A DNA stretch of 56,516 nucleotides, the filler included, from Basidioascus undulatus (Eukaryota), in assembly GCA_000826855.1 (NCBI GenBank). It is 4 parts of 4 records of this genome, joined end to end, with 100 filler letters (N's around TTAATTAATTAA, not from the genome) between each part and the next. Parts side by side here need not be neighbours in the genome. Positions count along the whole stretch, not along the records: positions 47,549 to 56,516 come from JTLS01001315.1; 3 more parts are not named here. One strand, given 5' to 3'. This document shows, piece by piece, positions 51,691 through 56,516 of this stretch (positions within the stretch are counted from its first letter, which is position 1; the number at the start of each line of letters is the position of its first letter). The notes beneath the pieces were generated by a model that was not told the origin of the DNA, made no database searches, and saw only the letters and a list, made by a program, of their open reading frames with translations. Position numbers and translations under genes: made by a program.

Positions 51691-53370
51691 TGATACTTTT
51701 GCCTATTTGACTTACTGGGAAGAACTTCCGTCCAGCTGCCCGGTCAGCTCAAAAGCCAAGTAAGTCAGCGAGCGTTTGAAGCGCTGGTTGCCTTTACTTT
51801 GCCCATGAATTCTGAGTTGTTCTTTAACCTCTGCTATAATGACTCCGAAATCTTGCCACCAGCCCCACCAGTATATTCGTACCTGTACAACTGGGATGAG
51901 GACAAGTCAGGTCTGCGAGCGGGTGAGCGTTGAAGGCTGCTGCTTCCTGCCCGTGTCACCTCAGCTTGATGGTGTTACCGCTCTACTTTGTAGATACTAT
52001 AATTTCCTGGGTACTGGGATATTTAAAGGAGAATAGGTGTCAGGTCAGCTAAAGGCGAATATGTAGCGCTTTCATTGTACGGCCTCAAAAGGAAGACGCT
52101 CAGTGGAGCGAGCAATCATCGCTGTAGCGTTCGGCATGCCGTGCTAGAGATGCAAATTTTTCCAGATTTATGAACCTTCTCATCGTTGTCCTCGCTTCTA
52201 CCAGGCAGACTTACGGCGAAGACCGCTGGTTGCGTTCCGATTTTTGCACAGCTTCGCTGAAGCGTTAACAGCAGGAGCTTTGAGACCCCGTTTCCATGAC
52301 ACATATTCTTTCAAATATACAATGTTCAACTGTTAGGAGGTGAACAGGTCTGTAGAGATGGGTAGGGCTGATACAGGCCTCCGTGTCCAGTCAGCGAACG
52401 TCAAAATTTTCACTCTGATTGGCCTCCACCTACTCTCCTCTTTCGCGGGATGTGCACCAGCTGACGATGATTTGCATCTCATTTCCCGAACGCTCGTTTG
52501 TATAAACAGGAAGAAGTCATCGATGTCCCGTACGTACTTGCACTTGCCACTGGAAGAGAAAGTTCGGGATTGGGATGGCGCTTGGTCGCCGCCCATGCGG
52601 ACGCAGCACGGAGTGGGCACAGAGCGGTGCCAACGGTGTACAGGAACAACGGGCGGCTTTCATGTTGTTATCGCAAGTACTTCCGGGGTTCGTATTGCGC
52701 TCGACGGCAGCACTGGGACCAGAAGCGTTGATCCAAATTTTCACAGTTTCAAGTCCTGGGATGCCAAAATACCGATTATGTAATTGTCGGTGAGACAAGG
52801 TACGCACAACATGTCATTTGGAAGGCGTTGACAGAGCGCGAGCGTGTCCTGCCTCGGCCCGGCCGCCTCGCCAGCGCTTGCCTTTGCTTGCTTGCGTCGC
52901 TCCGTCGTCCGTGCCGAAGACCGCCTGCTGTTACCCTTCGCATTTCCTGCATTTTGGCGCTTCTTCGAGGTATCTGTAGTGAGATTGTGAGTCCTCCATG
53001 CATATAGGTGAAAAATAGTCGGAGGGGGCGAGGGCAGGCGGGCGCAGTCGCCGGTGCATTTGGGCGATCAAATGGTCTTGTGCACCCGCGGCGAGAGCTC
53101 ATCCCGCCGCGCTGCCCCTCGCGCCCTACACCTCCGCCGCCCGCTCTTCCTTTGCCCTTCGCCTGCTCGCCCATCTTCAGCTCCCAATCTCTCATAACCC
53201 GCGGCCGCGCCTATAGATTTCCTTCCCCGCCGTACAGCATCCCGCACGACCCCGCCGAGCAGCCGCCTACACCGCCGCTGCGCCAGCAGTGCGCCTTGCC
53301 AAGCGCCAGCGGCCGATCTTGCGCCGACGTCCCGGGACCCGTGCACGCTCGCTCGCTTGTCCGGCCTGCC

Positions 53371-56300
53371 ATGGCGACAATCACCTCGGGTGCGTCCCTT
53401 GTCCTCCCGCGGCCATCACCCCACAGTGCTCATGCTCGACCTCCTCGACCCAGAGGACCTCCAGCGCGAGGTGGACGCCCTCCGCGCCCTCCGCCGGCGC
53501 TCGCTGTCTCAAGGCAAGGGCTCCCTCGCACTCGACCCCGACCTCCCGCCCTCCGCGGCAGACCAGGCAGACGACGCGGCCGCATCGGGCACGGAGCACC
53601 CGCACGGCGCACACCGCGCTGATGGCGGCGCGTACGCCCAGGACGACCCTTCCCATCTCTTCGTGCGTCACGGAATCCCCTATCCTGCATTGTACAACAC
53701 TCGGACGCCCTCTCGCTGACCTGACGCGCTCCACAATGCGATATGTCCTGGGGCAGTGGGTTCCTGCTTCGCTACACCCGGAAATCGCGCCGCGCGAGTT
53801 CCGCAACTTCCTCAAGGAGCACGCGCAGGCGGCGCCGGGCACGGAGGACCATGTTGCGCCTTCCTCGGGGCTCGCGCGCGTGCCCTCGAGCGGCGCGGCA
53901 GCGGGCGGCGTGTCTCGCAAAAAGTCCATGCTGAGCAGGCAGTATAAGCCGCGCGCGGACGACGGCGTGGGCGAGCCGGGCGCGGACGAGCCCGCGCCGC
54001 TGCCCCGGAGACGGGCGAGCTACCTCGTGCCGCAGCTCAGCATCGCGGACTTGCAAAAGCTCGAGGAGCTAGCGGAGGAGGCGAGCATGAGCGACGACCC
54101 GACGAAGCTGAGGAGCGTGTTAAGGCGGAGCTTGAGCTTGAATTTGGCGCCTAACTGTGAGTCTTGCTTTCGTAGTGGTCTTCGGGAGGCGTTCGGAGGG
54201 CAGGGCGGCTTGGAGTTGGGAGAACTTTCGTTCATGAGCGAGGACGCTGCCATGCCGAAAGGCGGGCTCGCCTGTCCAAGACGTCTATATTGGATTGCGA
54301 GCACCCAACCCCCCCTCACGACGTGGCTGCTAACAACGAGGTCTTCATCTTCTCTCCCTCCCCCGTTGGCACAATCCCCATGGCGCCTTCCATTTCCCTC
54401 TCCCATGGCTTCTAGTCGACGAGCCCATTGCGGAGGAGCCGTCGGCGGAGGACTTCGACTCGCCTCTGGTTCAGCGGCCTCCGGGCCCCGGCCAGATCCT
54501 CCGACGTACCGCCCGCACCAAGATCCGCAAGGCGCACTTGCCCGGCGATGGCGGCGGGCATCGCTTCGGCCCATCGCGGCGGCGGCCCTCCTCGTCCACG
54601 CCGTCCGCGGAAGACGACACCTCGAATGAGTCGACCGAGAGCGAGTCGACGCGCCCGATCTCGTCGACCGAGAGCGAGTCGACGCGCCCGATCTCGTCGA
54701 CCGACTCGGACATCTTCGACGCGTACGCGCGCGACCGGGATAGCGTCATCAGCCTTGACGAGCGCAGCCGGAGCCCGAGCCCGGAGCGCCTGCTCGAGTT
54801 CAAGACGCCCACGCAGGCGAGCTACGTCCGCGCGCCGCCGAAGCTCGATGTGCCTGACGATCTCAGGCTGCTTGACGAGCCCGCGCTCAAGCTCCTCGAT
54901 GAGCCGCGCCATGAAACGCAACCACGCCGCGCGGAGCCCCAACATACCCCGCCGCATTCGCCCGAGGGCAGCCCGTCCAGCAGCCCCGAGCCGGAGTCGT
55001 TCGACGACGCTCAGTACCCCCCTTCCCCTCCACCCTCGTCCGAATCCACTGTCTCTGTCCCCACTCCCGTTCCTGCACCCCCGCCCGCGCATGTTCCGAC
55101 TCATCCTTCTCCTGCACCCGCACCGGCTCCGGCACCTTCACCACCCGTTCACGCTCCGACATCTGCCACCCCTCCTGCCCCCGCGCCAGCCACTCTCTCG
55201 CCCACACCCTCGCCACAAAGACCCCCGCTGCAGCGCTCGCCCTCCCCCGCGCCGAGCGTGGCGAGCGTAGCGAACACGAGCTCACGGCCGGGGAGCGTGA
55301 AGGAGGGCAAGGAGGGCAAGGAGAAGAAGAAGGGCTGGGGCTGGCTGGGGGACAAGAAGGACAAGGACAAGGACAAGGACAAGGACAAGGACAAGGACAA
55401 GGACAAGGACAAGGACAAGGACAAGGACAAGGACAAGGACAGGCACCTCGACGCGCCGCCCAAGATCAAGAAGAAGAAGTCGGACTCCAACCTGTCGGAG
55501 AAGGGCGAGAAGGAGAAGAAGAGCAAGAGCCTCGTCGGCAGCCTGTTCGGCTCCAAGAAGAAGCACGCGGAGTCCGAGCACGGCGGTGGAAGACTCGTCT
55601 CCGGCGCGGGGCCCGCGGCCGCTGCGGCCCTCCTCGGCGCCAGCAAGTCCAAGGCCAGCGTCGTCGCGGCTAACCAGGCCAACGGCGGCGCGTACACCAA
55701 CTTCTCGTACCGCTATCCGATCCATGTCGAGCGAGCGGTGTATCGACTGTGAGTATTTCGTACGCTGAGGTGGGATTCCCTGTCGGAAGGAAGGGGAGCT
55801 GAGACGGGATGGGTGGGCTGCCGCAGCTCGCACATCAAGCTCGCCAACCCGCGACGGCCGCTGTACGAACAGGTCCTCATCAGCAACCTCATGTTCTGGT
55901 ACCTCTCGATCATCAACAAGACGCAAGTCGCGCAGACGGACAAGACGTCCTCGCAGACGTCTGCGCCCGCCGCGTCGCCCTCAGCTGCGGGCAAGAACGG
56001 CGCGAAAGCGGGCGATGACGACGACGACGACGATGACAATTCGCTTGCGTCCGCGTCATCCTCCTCGCCCGCGTCTTCTCCGCCTGGGAAAGGCCTCGGC
56101 AGCGGCACCGGCCCGCGCTCATCCGCGAATGGCGCGCTCTCCTCCAACGCTTCGTACTCGTCCTCCCCTTCCGCCTCTCCCTCGCCGCCCGCGTCGCCCA
56201 GCCCTCCGCCCGCAGCCTCATCCTCGGGCAAGAAGACCTCCCTGACGAAGGCGCCGCCGGCGGGGCGCGCAGGCCCGAGCAGCGCGGAGATGGTTGTCCG

Positions 56301-56516
56301 CCAGCCGAGCTACGAGCAGCAGACGCGCATGATGGATAAGGACTTCGGGCGCGGGCGCGCGCAGCCCCCGCCACGCGAGCGGGAGCGCGAACGCGAGCGC
56401 GAGGCGAGCCCTGTCCACCCGGGCCTGAACCGCAACGCCAGCCCGCCCCCGCAGAGCAGCTTGACCACCGGCCCCCCGCCGCAGAGGCAGCCCAGCCCGT
56501 CGAGGAGCCCCCCTGG
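53371..56516 (+). CDS. ZDS1: Zds1-like PP2A-Cdc55 regulator (runs off the window end)
   Basis: MATITS|EDLQREVDALR, DDPSHLF|WVPASLHPEIAP, RKKSMLSRQY, ILRRTARTKIRK, and Zds_C RYPIHVERAVYRL|SHIKLANPRRPLYEQVLISNLMFWYL. Confidence 0.92.
54631..54704 (+). repeat. Perfect 33-nt in-frame tandem duplication within ZDS1
   Basis: TCGACCGAGAGCGAGTCGACGCGCCCGATCTCG twice plus a partial copy (STESESTRPIS x2). Confidence 0.95.
55357..55440 (+). repeat. (AAGGAC)14 coding microsatellite, poly-KD in ZDS1
   Basis: 84 nt of uninterrupted AAGGAC. Confidence 0.97.

Overview
GC-rich, intron-dense fungal genomic DNA, most likely basidiomycete (inferred from short ~55-70 nt GT-AG introns, CTRAY branch sites and protein signatures). 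It is four contigs joined by artificial N44-TTAATTAATTAA-N44 spacers at 29290, 38378 and 47449, so adjacency across the spacers is not real. Recognisable genes: MAM33, an Msc2/ZnT5-7-type CDF zinc transporter, a large coiled-coil protein with an H1-like N-terminal winged helix, GFA1, a NOL8/Nop8 C-terminus-like small gene, ERG6 (5' part), mitochondrial uL10 (3' part), a DHA1 MFS transporter, a SIKE/SCI1-like coiled-coil gene head-to-head with RCL1, a RhoGAP 3' part, an intron-containing tRNA-Met(CAT) and ZDS1. Between them lie decayed genes (NAD(P)-binding oxidoreductase, F-box-like paralogs, a frameshifted Zn2Cys6 factor). Most notable observations: (1) a run of phase-0 His/Ser microexons building the transporter's His-rich loop; (2) helically phased, inverted GTCAA/TTGAC arrays at 27-28 kb; (3) two genes whose start codon is split AT|G by an intron; (4) an inverted, synonymously diverged copy of GFA1's last exon upstream of GFA1; (5) a candidate structured RNA near the tRNA. 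Gene models were spliced by eye and family calls are from remembered motifs, not database searches.
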